DNA of 64,000 nucleotides, from assembly GCA_963768855.1 (NCBI GenBank), contig CAVYJM010000011.1:192001-256000 (forward strand), given 5' to 3'. Below are positions 54,387-63,948 of this stretch, piece after piece; position 1 is the stretch's first letter; every line of letters begins with the position of its first letter. The position numbers and the translations under genes were made by a program. The stretch is from an uncultured Thermoplasmata archaeon (GTDB taxonomy: Archaea; Thermoplasmatota; Thermoplasmata; RBG-16-68-12). Below the pieces are notes generated by a model. It was not told where the DNA came from. It did not search any database and was given only the letters and a program-made list of their open reading frames with translations.

Positions 54387-57314
54387 TTAGTCCCGGCTCA
54401 TTATGGCTCGCAGCGATTCAATCCTGGCCGCGAGGCGATCACAGAGCTCACCAACCCGAAGCTCCTCGGCGGAGGAGCCGATCGCCTTCGCCACGACAGT
54501 ATCGATTGCTGTCCGACCTTCAAAGTGGTTCTTGAGTTGTTCAAGGAGCGGAGGGAACGGAACCGACTTCCAGCGGTTATAGACGGTGAGGAGCTCGCGC
54601 TTCGCATCGTCGGACAAGGCTTTCGGGTTGAGCACCTGGAGCCCGACCAGGGTGTCCCGGAGCCACCCCATCCAAGATCCACGTACCTCCGTCCGGTTGT
54701 CCATGAGTTGTGCAAGGTGCAGGGTCGAATTCCACCAGAGTGCGAGGAGTCGCGCATCTTCAATCGAGCCCGTCTTTATCGACCAGAAACTCCAAGTCGG
54801 CGGTATTGGCACTGGAGATACGACCCCGAGGAAGTGGGTGCCTGGAGCTGCTAGGTCCACGTTGTTACGGCCTGCAGCAACGAGGTAGGCCTCCCGGCTC
54901 TCTAGGTGCGGCAGGCGTTTTTCAAGGATTGCGTCCGGTTTCGGATCATCCCAGAATGGTTCGTCTCCGTCAAAACGACCAATCACGATGTAATCCGGCG
55001 GGTCAAGGATTTCAAGTGTCTCCATCCCGGCAGCGGAGCGGATGGAGGGGCGGAGCACTGCCTTCGGAATCATGACCCTCGCTCCCGAACTGAGGCTGAC
55101 CGCTTCGAACTTGTCGCCCAAGTCGTTCTCGATGCGCCAGTTCATTATTACGTCAGCTGTGCGCGGCCTAGAGACTACGGTGTTCTTTACATCCACCCGG
55201 TCACTGTGTTTGTGGAATCGTATCCCCTGAACCACGCGAACGGCTACCTCCGCAAGAGGTGCAAGCGCGGGGGACGAGGGGAGTGTGTAGCTTCCAGAAA
55301 CTCGCTCCGGGAGGAGTCTATGCCAGTCTCTTGAAATGCGGAGAGCTTCCTGAGTTGTGGTTGACACGCGCAGCTTCATCTGCTCGGCGCTATCCCGGAA
55401 CGACTTCGATACCTGGCCGGCATGAGTAATGGCCTTGAGCAGGTTCGCAAGCGCATCAGCGTTTGCGTCCGTAATCATCTCCTGCACCGTTGCGATAACA
55501 CACGGTTGATCGGCTGTGCCGGGCCTCTTCTTCGAGGCGACGAGTAGTATTTCCCTGAAGGATGTACTCTCACTGAACGCGGAACGATAACCAGATTCAA
55601 TGACATATTCCACGTTGTATCGCTCGGAGAGCAGACGCCTCACGCCTTCAGAACTCAGTTGCTGCAGAACGGTGGAAGGCAATACCATCGCCATCCGTCC
55701 GCCATCGTTCAGAAATCTGTCCGCCAAGAAGACAAAGTAGCCGAAGAAGTTCTGTTCCCTGCTCGTATATCCGGCGTAGTCCTCAAATTCAGCCGTCAGT
55801 ATCTTGCGGAACTCCTTCTTGACATGCTGCTTCCGTGTAAATGGCGGGTTCATGATGACAACGTCGACGGGTCGTGCATCGAATCCCTTCCCTGCGCCAG
55901 CACCCGACACCGCACCAGCACGTATCTTGCGGTTCTCCGATTCACCCTCTGTAAAGTCTCGAATGGATGCCTGTCCTCGTGGCATCTCCCGCTGCAGTGA
56001 TCGAATCGCGGTGCCTGGTTTGAGGTTGGTCGAGTCGTACACGGCGACCCGGACCTTGTCGGTGAGATAGCCTGGGTTCCTCAGTGCGAGTTGAACCACC
56101 GCAAGGTGAGCCGCGAACGGCATGATGTCGATACCGGTTAGGTCTTCCTCCAAGAATCGCCGGTGAGTCTCCTCGTCCATCGGTTTGCCCAGGAGTTCCG
56201 CCTTGCGCTCGTAGGCTGCCATGAGCAAAGTGCCGGAGCCACAGGCGAAGTCAGCCACGCTGTCGGCGGAGGATTCGATTGCCAGCTTCGCAAGCAGGCG
56301 TCCGGCCATAGGATTTGTGTAGTATGCCGCGACGGGCTTCCGAACCTCCAGGGGAATCAGGGAGTGGAACATATTCCCGAGCAGATCACGGGTGAACTGC
56401 TCCGGCTGGAGTTCGGAGATGATTCGGACCATGTCCCGGATGTACTCAATTGCCTCCTGAGGAAAGAGGGACGCCACATCAAAGTCGAAGACCGCTTGGT
56501 AATCGTCCTTCAAAACTAGGTCGAAGTAGCTCTCCTTCAGGTCCGCAGGCCGCTGTAACGTCTCAGGCTTGATGGTGGGATACCCACGTTGTTCGAGGAT
56601 CCGATAGAAGACCATCTGATTGACCACCAGGTACGCTGCTGCACGGCGGGCGGTCTCCAATTCCCCTTTGTCTCGGGGCATTGTGGCGATGATGTGCTCA
56701 AATAGCGTTGGGAATTCGCCGTGGGCAGGAAGGAGGTCTGTGAGGTCACGGAAACTCATGTCACGCATCAACTGTACGAACTCGTTAGGGTCGGGCGGTT
56801 TCGGCTTTTCCATGGCCTCTTTGAGCCACTGAGGCAATTGCTCAAGCTGACCCCGAAAGAGGCTGGTGGGCCTCCCCTTGATCTTCAGCATCCCCCGGTA
56901 CTCAACGCCGCGCAGGAGGACCGCAGGGGACACTCGGTCGATTCGTCCTTGCCGTATCCGCGCTCTCAACGACTCAGGGTATCCGATCAGGAAGTAGCCT
57001 GAAGCACCCGAGATGTCGCCGAACCCAATCGCCTGGTTGTACCCGTCCACGTACTTCGAGTCCCACTCCCCTTCGCCGTAGAGGATCGCTCCGTTTCTCA
57101 ACTCGAAGTCGGGCTTGGTGCGTCTGTGCCCACGCAAACTTGATCGCGCACTGACTTGCGTGGTGATGCTCAGTTGCTGGTCCCGGAGGAACGAGGCCAT
57201 GAGGTCGTTGACTGTGTCCTCTGTGACCTCGGGCACGGCGCTGGAAGAGGTTTCGGTACTTAAGAACAACTCGCTTCCAATCGACTGGAAGAACACCTGG
57301 ATTCGGGCGTTCAT
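54387..57314 (-). CDS. Type IIG-like restriction-modification fusion (N6-adenine MTase with N-terminal PD-(D/E)xK-like domain)
   Basis: YYT.P, DFACGSGTLL (motif I), NPPF (motif IV); N-terminal KPD..EGEW. Confidence 0.85.
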   Translation of the reverse strand: MNARIQVFFQSIGSELFLSTETSSSAVPEVTEDTVNDLMASFLRDQQLSITTQVSARSSLRGHRRTKPDFELRNGAILYGEGEWDSKYVDGYNQAIGFGDISGASGYFLIGYPESLRARIRQGRIDRVSPAVLLRGVEYRGMLKIKGRPTSLFRGQLEQLPQWLKEAMEKPKPPDPNEFVQLMRDMSFRDLTDLLPAHGEFPTLFEHIIATMPRDKGELETARRAAAYLVVNQMVFYRILEQRGYPTIKPETLQRPADLKESYFDLVLKDDYQAVFDFDVASLFPQEAIEYIRDMVRIISELQPEQFTRDLLGNMFHSLIPLEVRKPVAAYYTNPMAGRLLAKLAIESSADSVADFACGSGTLLMAAYERKAELLGKPMDEETHRRFLEEDLTGIDIMPFAAHLAVVQLALRNPGYLTDKVRVAVYDSTNLKPGTAIRSLQREMPRGQASIRDFTEGESENRKIRAGAVSGAGAGKGFDARPVDVVIMNPPFTRKQHVKKEFRKILTAEFEDYAGYTSREQNFFGYFVFLADRFLNDGGRMAMVLPSTVLQQLSSEGVRRLLSERYNVEYVIESGYRSAFSESTSFREILLVASKKRPGTADQPCVIATVQEMITDANADALANLLKAITHAGQVSKSFRDSAEQMKLRVSTTTQEALRISRDWHRLLPERVSGSYTLPSSPALAPLAEVAVRVVQGIRFHKHSDRVDVKNTVVSRPRTADVIMNWRIENDLGDKFEAVSLSSGARVMIPKAVLRPSIRSAAGMETLEILDPPDYIVIGRFDGDEPFWDDPKPDAILEKRLPHLESREAYLVAAGRNNVDLAAPGTHFLGVVSPVPIPPTWSFWSIKTGSIEDARLLALWWNSTLHLAQLMDNRTEVRGSWMGWLRDTLVGLQVLNPKALSDDAKRELLTVYNRWKSVPFPPLLEQLKNHFEGRTAIDTVVAKAIGSSAEELRVGELCDRLAARIESLRAIMSRD

Positions 57315-57414
57315 GAGAGGTTCATTGAGGAGGTGTCGGTGGACTATTCCGAATACAATTAGGCTACAAGCAATTCATCCTGGGCCATAATCGGCACTTG
57401 CCAGAGCCTCGCGG

Positions 57415-58122
57415 TCACGGCGGTGCTGCCGTGGGGCACAACATCGGCTTGTGCCGATGTCCCACTGCTCCGGACACCAAGTTGCCCTTGGAATCGAGAG
57501 TCGCATCGAACGCTTCCACGCAGCGCTGGCACTCCTCGATAAGGAATTCACCCATGGTCATCATGTTCACCTCGTTGTAGCGATAGTTGACCGTTGCCAG
57601 CCATTGATTTCGCTTCGCGTTCGAAAGGTCGTGGGTCAAGAATAGCATGCAGTCGTGTTGTGACTCGTACAGCTCAACAGACTGGTTAACGATTTCCTCA
57701 GGGGTCTTGCCGCACTTGATGTGTCTATAGGCCGGCGTCGCGTGGAACATGTTGTTCCGAACATCTTGGATCATCCGCAGCACGTGGACCGCCTGATGCC
57801 CGCGATGGCATGGAACTATGAAGTCAGGAGTGGCCGTGACCACTGTCTGCATGGACGCCGTGTGAAGAACCTTCGCCGTGTACCTCTCAAGGGCCGCCTT
57901 CACCAAGCCTATCGAGCTTACCGTGACAGCCCTCAGCGCCGCGCTTCGAAGGTCTTTCATGTCGGCGAACGGTGAGGCCTTTCCCGACGCTTTCGCACCT
58001 GCAAGGGAAGCGGTGAGTTCCTGGTCATGATCCTTGAGATACGCAATAGCGAAGTCCACGATGTTAGCTTCAATGACTTCCCTCTTCAACTCATCGAGTG
58101 CCACTGTCACAGGCATCACCAT
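57415..58122 (-). CDS. Putative HEPN-domain protein
   Basis: All-helical ORF with RNNMFH (Rx4H); start uncertain. Confidence 0.55.
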   Translation of the reverse strand: MVMPVTVALDELKREVIEANIVDFAIAYLKDHDQELTASLAGAKASGKASPFADMKDLRSAALRAVTVSSIGLVKAALERYTAKVLHTASMQTVVTATPDFIVPCHRGHQAVHVLRMIQDVRNNMFHATPAYRHIKCGKTPEEIVNQSVELYESQHDCMLFLTHDLSNAKRNQWLATVNYRYNEVNMMTMGEFLIEECQRCVEAFDATLDSKGNLVSGAVGHRHKPMLCPTAAPP

Positions 58123-58966
58123 GCGCCTGCTCTTCAGCTCTAAGGCCGAGAAGGAGCCGGGCGAGGGACGCCACGATGCTTTCGGAGGAGCCGCCCCGGC
58201 GGTATGTTGGATGAACCACGGTGACAATCGTAGTGACCCCTTCGGAGCCACGGCTCCGATACAAGGCGGCAAACTTGTCTTCCGACTCCGCCATCTTCTC
58301 CGGGCTGGCGAGGGGCAGGTGCTCCAGGCCACTTTTCCCAAGCAGCAGCAGCCACTTGGGCTTGAGTATTCCCAGCTCGTGTTTCAAATATCGCTGCGGA
58401 CACAAGTGTTGCATGTTGTTTGTCGGCTCGGATTCGGGCCAATCCGGCGAGCACTTGACCATTTCCAGGAACGCCACCGACTCAAGAGTTTGTGCGAGGG
58501 TATCGGGGCTATCGAGCAGCCTTTGGCCCCCAACGAATACTTCATCGTCACGAAGCTCCCAATCATCCCGAACGACCAGCGCTGCGTAACACGCAAATCG
58601 GTGCCAGAAGACCGAGCCACTGTAGTCCTGGGGGTCATTTCCGAAGCGCGTTTTCTTCGCACCCGAAGCCAAGATGTATTGTGCGTGGAGAGTGAGTTCG
58701 AGGATTGCGGACAAGCCTCCGTCATGATTCAGGTTCAGACCCAAGGCGACCAGGCGCCTTGCGCTTGATTCGTAATCAGGTCCGATGTATGGGATTTGGA
58801 TTTTGTTCCAATCCGCTTTTCCATCGCTCCTTCCGTTCCAACATTGGAACCTGTCGGGGCAGGACTCGTGGAGAAGCAGCTCGTCCAGCTTCTGACCCGA
58901 ATCGTCGAGGACACCGTTCCGCTTGTACAGTCTTAGGAGCTCGGTGAACCTAGCCTCAGTCGGCAA
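58091..58966 (-). CDS. Uracil-DNA-glycosylase-like fold protein
   Basis: FLEMVKCSP, CPQRYLKHELGILKPKWLLLLGK, VVHPT. Confidence 0.65.
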   Translation of the reverse strand: MPTEARFTELLRLYKRNGVLDDSGQKLDELLLHESCPDRFQCWNGRSDGKADWNKIQIPYIGPDYESSARRLVALGLNLNHDGGLSAILELTLHAQYILASGAKKTRFGNDPQDYSGSVFWHRFACYAALVVRDDWELRDDEVFVGGQRLLDSPDTLAQTLESVAFLEMVKCSPDWPESEPTNNMQHLCPQRYLKHELGILKPKWLLLLGKSGLEHLPLASPEKMAESEDKFAALYRSRGSEGVTTIVTVVHPTYRRGGSSESIVASLARLLLGLRAEEQAHGDACDSGTR

Positions 58967-59211
58967 CGATTCTGACAGTGATCGCTCGCCCGATAAGGGT
59001 TCCGGGACCGGGTTGAACGGCTAACGATGCGTGGGGTTCTGTGGTGGAGGCGGGCCGGAGAGAGCCGCCGGCGCGTGTCGGGGGCAAAACGGAACAAGCA
59101 GCTATAATCCTTTAAGTACACAAATGGCCAATGTGGAGCAGCCGAGCTGTGGGCGGCGGAGGGATTGCGGTAGCCTGCGCGTCGCCGACTAGATAGGGTC
59201 AGTTGATAGAC

Positions 59212-59667
59212 ATGGGTTCGAGAAGTGGAGGGGACTTCGGGAAGTTCGCGGGGGCGCATGAGTCGAGCGCCGTTAGCACCGCGATTCAAGAAGTCGAAAC
59301 CACTCTATCCGACAACAAGTCTGCAAGGATTATCGTTGGTACCGCAATCGATGTCTTGGCGCTGTCCAACCCCGCGATTGGAACTCTTGTGGCCACCTAC
59401 AAAGTGTCGAAAGTGATCTACCAGATTGCATCCAAGGCCAGCGACGCGTACAGTGAAACTCGCGACGCGAACACGGCAATCAAGGCCGCGGCTGGCGAGG
59501 TGCTCCACATAGGTGTTGGAGCGACGAGGGACCAGGCCGTCGGCGGCCTGGTCGACGTCGGGTGGACAGTCATGAAAGCGTCAGCAGGCATCTCCACGAA
59601 CGAGATGGAGGACAGAATACTCACGAGCGCTGCGAAGAACACATTGTCGGAGGTGTTGCCAAAGTGA
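59212..59667 (+). CDS. Hypothetical protein with N-terminal MGSRSGG (QatB-N-like, inferred)
   Basis: ATG at 59212; first gene of a tightly coupled operon upstream of the QueC-like gene. Confidence 0.65.
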   Translation: MGSRSGGDFGKFAGAHESSAVSTAIQEVETTLSDNKSARIIVGTAIDVLALSNPAIGTLVATYKVSKVIYQIASKASDAYSETRDANTAIKAAAGEVLHIGVGATRDQAVGGLVDVGWTVMKASAGISTNEMEDRILTSAAKNTLSEVLPK

Positions 59668-59954
59668 GCGAGGAGGAAATCGAGCGCATAATGGCGGCAA
59701 ACTATGCCAACGTCTTTAGAGAGATGCTCCTCGCGAGTTTCAAGACCAACCCGGAAGTGAGTCCGGACTACCTTGCTCAGTCGATCAAGAAACAACGGGA
59801 GGTCGAGAAAGAGATATCGCGGCTCTCCAGTGAGATGGCCAAGGCACTTGTACTGAAACTCAAGACTGAGGGCTACCTCACCAAAGAACCACCGGAACCG
59901 AAGCTGACATCGCTGATCAAGGAAACGCTCGCTGAATTCAGGGTGGAACAATGA
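59664..59954 (+). CDS. Small helical hypothetical protein
   Basis: GTG after GGAGGTG; GTGA and ATGA overlaps with both neighbours. Confidence 0.7.
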   Translation: MSEEEIERIMAANYANVFREMLLASFKTNPEVSPDYLAQSIKKQREVEKEISRLSSEMAKALVLKLKTEGYLTKEPPEPKLTSLIKETLAEFRVEQ

Positions 59955-61321
59955 CTGGAGTCCGTATCGTTGGCGGTCACGCAGCGAAGGGAGTGGCCGA
60001 CTTCTTCATTAGAACGGAGGTGGAGGGGATTCGCAATGAATCGAGGATGAAAGTCGATTTTGGAGATCTGACTCGTTACCTATCTGCACGAGACATGGAC
60101 TTGGCCAGCATTGCCGCAGGGTTGTTCGAATGTGAGGGGTTGTTGAGGAACGAGCTAGTCAGTCTCGATGACGGCTTGGAGATTGTCCTATGCCAAGGGG
60201 GCCTAAGGAACGAGGAATTGTGTCGAACCCTCACCGATCTTCTCTCATTCACCCTGCGTCAACGACCCCACCTCGAACTTCTTCCGGCCAAGAAGGCCTG
60301 CGCTGCCGGATCGGGCACAGCCGAAACATCCTTGCGGAGTGTGTGCCTCTTTTCAGGCGGAATAGACAGTTTAGCAGGGATCCTGAGGGTTCAACGGGAT
60401 CTCGCCCCCACGGCGGGGATCTTCGTCTCGCACAGCAACAGCATGCTCGGCTGCGTGAACAATCTCCAGAGGGACTTTCTCAATGCAAAAGAATTTCCAA
60501 TTCACAGAGTGAGTATTCAGGACGGCCGTCTTGGTCTTCAGCAGATGAGGGGGTTTACGTACCTAGCAATCGCAGCCGTCGTGGCCAAGATGCACGGAAC
60601 AAACAACATCGTGGTTTCCGAGACAGGTCAAACCATGTTCCTGCCGCCCTTCGCAGCGCTCGACGAGATAACCATGACAACGCATCCGACGCTGATTGGA
60701 ATCACCAAGTCCGTGCTGCACGAATGCCTTGGAATCGACTTCAGTGTCTTCGAGCCATTTTCGAATCTGACCAAGGCAGAGGTTGTCTCCCTTTGTGAGA
60801 TGAAGGAAGCTATCCCCGCGACAAACTCGTGCAGGACGAGCCGCTGGGCCAGACAACGGTACTCACACTGCGGCACCTGCTATGGTTGTCTCGTTAGAAG
60901 GGTCGGATGTCTCGTTGCTGGGGTGAAGGATGCCCACTACGCAAGGGATGTTCTCGTCGAGGGCGTAGGACGGAAGGCGCTGGGGCGGCGGCCGGGCGAA
61001 ACCATCCAACCGCATAACCTCGCTGATCTCCAGGCATTGCTGAGGTTCGCGAGAGACGTGTTGGAGGATGAGCTCGATGAGACAACGCGTTTCAAGATTG
61101 AAGCGTTCAAGAAGGAAGACCTCTACAAGCGAGCCGCGCTCGACGTGCTGGTCGGAACATACCTGTTGTACGATGAGACCAAGCAAGGTCACAATCCCCT
61201 GGTTCGGAAGTTCTACGAGGAATGCAAAAACGACGGGTTGGTTAGCTCGGACACCGCCAACAATCGAATTGCGGAAGTCCGCGACCAAAGACGTCAGCCT
61301 GACTTTGACACGAAGCTTTGA
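59951..61321 (+). CDS. QueC-like PP-loop protein of the QatC type
   Basis: LFSGGIDS, LTKAEVV, TNSCR, HCGTCYGCLVRR; N-terminal DLASIAA..LLSF domain and C-terminal extension. Confidence 0.8.
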   Translation: MTGVRIVGGHAAKGVADFFIRTEVEGIRNESRMKVDFGDLTRYLSARDMDLASIAAGLFECEGLLRNELVSLDDGLEIVLCQGGLRNEELCRTLTDLLSFTLRQRPHLELLPAKKACAAGSGTAETSLRSVCLFSGGIDSLAGILRVQRDLAPTAGIFVSHSNSMLGCVNNLQRDFLNAKEFPIHRVSIQDGRLGLQQMRGFTYLAIAAVVAKMHGTNNIVVSETGQTMFLPPFAALDEITMTTHPTLIGITKSVLHECLGIDFSVFEPFSNLTKAEVVSLCEMKEAIPATNSCRTSRWARQRYSHCGTCYGCLVRRVGCLVAGVKDAHYARDVLVEGVGRKALGRRPGETIQPHNLADLQALLRFARDVLEDELDETTRFKIEAFKKEDLYKRAALDVLVGTYLLYDETKQGHNPLVRKFYEECKNDGLVSSDTANNRIAEVRDQRRQPDFDTKL

Positions 61322-61367
61322 GGGTATTGGACTGCAATCTTGCGAAGGGGAGGATGCCGAGGCTTCG

Positions 61368-61505
61368 GTGAGCGCCATTCGCGATTCGCACAGCCCGGAG
61401 GCGAAGGTCGTCCTTTTCAACGAGGGCGATCGGTATCGTCGGTTCAACCACGAGAGGTTCCGGGACCTCGTGGAGCGACTGAGAATGCGAGGAGTGCTTT
61501 GGTGA
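61368..61505 (+). CDS. Possible small protein
   Basis: 45-aa ORF between the QueC-like gene and DUF5131. Confidence 0.3.
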   Translation: MSAIRDSHSPEAKVVLFNEGDRYRRFNHERFRDLVERLRMRGVLW

Positions 61506-61625
61506 GGTATGGAAGAGGGACGAGCTGCTTCGTAACACGTTCCATTGCTGTCCGGATTCAGGCTTTCCACTCGTTTCATTCCCACGACAAGTCGTTATAG
61601 GGGGTTCGGACATTCGGAGGCAGAA

Positions 61626-62345
61626 ATGAGCGCGTCCTCGACGATAGAGTGGACGAACGCGACATGGAATCCGATAACTGGCTGCACCAAGGTTAGCCAG
61701 GGCTGTAAGCATTGCTACGCGGAGCGGTTTGCCGAGCGCTTCCGAGGCGTTCCAGGTCACCCCTATGAGCAGGGTTTCGACCTGCGCATGTGGCCTGACC
61801 GGTTGACTTTGCCTCTGCAATGGCCGGAGCCTAGGCGCATATTCGTGAACTCAATGAGCGATTTGTATCACGAGCGGGTCCCACTCGGTTTCATCACCGC
61901 TGTGTTTGACACTATGGTCCAAGCCCGGTGGCACACGTTTCAGATTCTCACGAAGAGGGCAACTCGTCTCGCGCAACTCGGTCCCACGCTGCCGTGGCAG
62001 TCCAACATATGGCAGGGGGTAAGCATCGAAAACATGGATGTGGCCTGGAGGGCAGACGAACTCCGGAAGGTTCCAGCCGAAGTACGATTCCTGTCGCTCG
62101 AACCGCTGTTGGGACCCCTTGACTACCTGGACCTGACCGGAATCCAATGGGTGATCGTAGGCGGGGAAAGCGGGCCGGGCGCGAGACCGATGAAGAAGCA
62201 GTGGATCAGGTCACTTCGCGACCGGTGTCGTCGAGAGGCAGTACCTTTCTTCTTTAAGCAGTGGGGCGGGCCGATCAAGAGTCGGACCGGTCGGATACTA
62301 GATGGAAAGACGTGGGACGAGATGCCTTCCGTGAATGCCTTCTGA
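61626..62345 (+). CDS. DUF5131 / phage Gp37-Gp68 family (three-Cys, radical-SAM-like)
   Basis: IEWTNATWNPITGCTKVSQGCKHCYA, FVNSMSDL, FLSLEPLLG, WVIVGGESGP, FFFKQWGG. Confidence 0.92.
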   Translation: MSASSTIEWTNATWNPITGCTKVSQGCKHCYAERFAERFRGVPGHPYEQGFDLRMWPDRLTLPLQWPEPRRIFVNSMSDLYHERVPLGFITAVFDTMVQARWHTFQILTKRATRLAQLGPTLPWQSNIWQGVSIENMDVAWRADELRKVPAEVRFLSLEPLLGPLDYLDLTGIQWVIVGGESGPGARPMKKQWIRSLRDRCRREAVPFFFKQWGGPIKSRTGRILDGKTWDEMPSVNAF

Positions 62346-63336
62346 CCTATCTGAGGACCTGCCGGTCGACAAAGTCGCAATTCACACTCGTCAGAAACAT
62401 GCCCTGCTGGAGGCATACCTCAGGGTTTGGACTCAGAATGTTGCGACCAACTGGGGACCGGATTCACCGAGCCTAGACATCTACGACCTGTTCGCGGGTA
62501 CCGGGCAGTGTGTTGAGCGTGAGTATCGAAAGGACCGCTGGCCGGGGACTGCCATTGTGTCGGCTGAGCAACTCAAGGTCTACCCAAGCAGGAGGAAATG
62601 CGTCCTGTTCCTGAATTCGTGGGCGGAGGACCCGATTGAGTGTTCGCGTAATCTCGATGCGCTCGTGCAACGGGTCCAGGCAACTGGCCTGGAGCGGCCC
62701 AATCGAAAAGTCAGACTGATCTCTGAGGAACTGGCTGCCGCTTTGCCAATCGCCCTAGAGGTCCAGTCTCCAAGGAGGAACTATCCGAGCCTGTGGATAT
62801 TGGACCCTTATGCAGCATCTGACTTGCCCTGGGAAGCTGTAGAGCTGATTGCGAACCAAGTCGGGACATACACGACCAAAGCCGGTGACTCAGTGAGTCG
62901 TCGCCCGGAACTCTTCATCAACTTCATGACCAGCTCACTACAACGAAACATCCACAACCTGCCCATGGTGACCCGTGCGCTCGGCTGTTCCGCGCCGGAA
63001 TGGGAGGATCATCTCCGCGAGGTGGAATCGTCAGGCGGGACATCCCTCGATGCTCTCACGACGTTCTATTTCTCCCAGCTGCAGGAACTCTATAGCCGGG
63101 ACCCGGAGGCCACGACGATCACGGGGAAAGACGGAAACCCTGTCTCGGTGGTGTTCCTCGCCGTCGAGCGGCCGGCTGCCTGGTACTCAATTAGGAGGGA
63201 ATCCATCCCTCGCTTCGAAGACTGGCGGGAGCACAAGTACGAACCTCGGAAGGAATGGGTCCGCAGGAGGCACAAGATTGACCGCAACATGCCGAAGGGG
63301 CAGAAACAAACCGAACTCGAAGACTCGTATACATAG
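62335..63336 (+). CDS. tcmP: Three-Cys-motif partner protein TcmP (methyltransferase-like)
   Basis: HT..KH.LL..YL, DLFAGTG, LDPY, ELFINF; coupled to DUF5131. Confidence 0.75.
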   Translation: MPSDLSEDLPVDKVAIHTRQKHALLEAYLRVWTQNVATNWGPDSPSLDIYDLFAGTGQCVEREYRKDRWPGTAIVSAEQLKVYPSRRKCVLFLNSWAEDPIECSRNLDALVQRVQATGLERPNRKVRLISEELAAALPIALEVQSPRRNYPSLWILDPYAASDLPWEAVELIANQVGTYTTKAGDSVSRRPELFINFMTSSLQRNIHNLPMVTRALGCSAPEWEDHLREVESSGGTSLDALTTFYFSQLQELYSRDPEATTITGKDGNPVSVVFLAVERPAAWYSIRRESIPRFEDWREHKYEPRKEWVRRRHKIDRNMPKGQKQTELEDSYT

Positions 63337-63720
63337 GTCACGCCTCGCGCAGCTGATGCTGCAAGGACACTGCTTGTGAATAGGGTCGGGGTCAGTCGTC
63401 GCTGCTGAATGCCCCGGCGACGGCGCTAACTACTGCACCGACTAGCGCCCCAATTGGCCCGCCGATGAAGAAGCCAATCGTCAGGCCGGGCACAGCGAAG
63501 AGCACCACTTTGTAGGCCATGTGAGCAGGATTTCCTAGTCACTTTAACTGGTGTTTCCATGGGTGAGTGAAAGTACTCGCCTGCTGAGCTATTGCTGGTG
63601 ACCCTGACGGCGGGGTGTCGGACCTTGCTGCCCCCACAGCGAGTCTCCGCTGTACTCCTTACAATCGGTACGTGGATTTCATCGCCCCGCAAGTGTTGCC
63701 TGACCGTGGGTTGAGGAAGG

Positions 63721-63948
63721 ATGCCTAGAATCTTCGGACCGATTGGTATCTCTCGAAGGGGAAAACTCTATTTCTCCTTTGGCTCGCTCTTCAGGAGCGC
63801 CTTCAAACCACCGCGTAAGTCGAAGCCTTATCGAGCGCGGTGCGCGGCTTTCACCAAGAATGGCAACCCTTGCAGGAACTATGCCTCGATTGGAGCTTTT
63901 TGCCGTATTCATGCAAGTAACTTCGCTTCGGGTTTTCGCGAGCGATAG
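63721..63948 (+). CDS. Small basic protein with CCCH-like motif
   Basis: RCAAFTKNGNPCRN....FCRIH. Confidence 0.5.
   Translation: MPRIFGPIGISRRGKLYFSFGSLFRSAFKPPRKSKPYRARCAAFTKNGNPCRNYASIGAFCRIHASNFASGFRER

Noticed and set aside
58970-59110. GGCTAAC/GTT-containing intergenic sequence as an attC
   Set aside because: Could not pair R and L boxes into a proper attC fold
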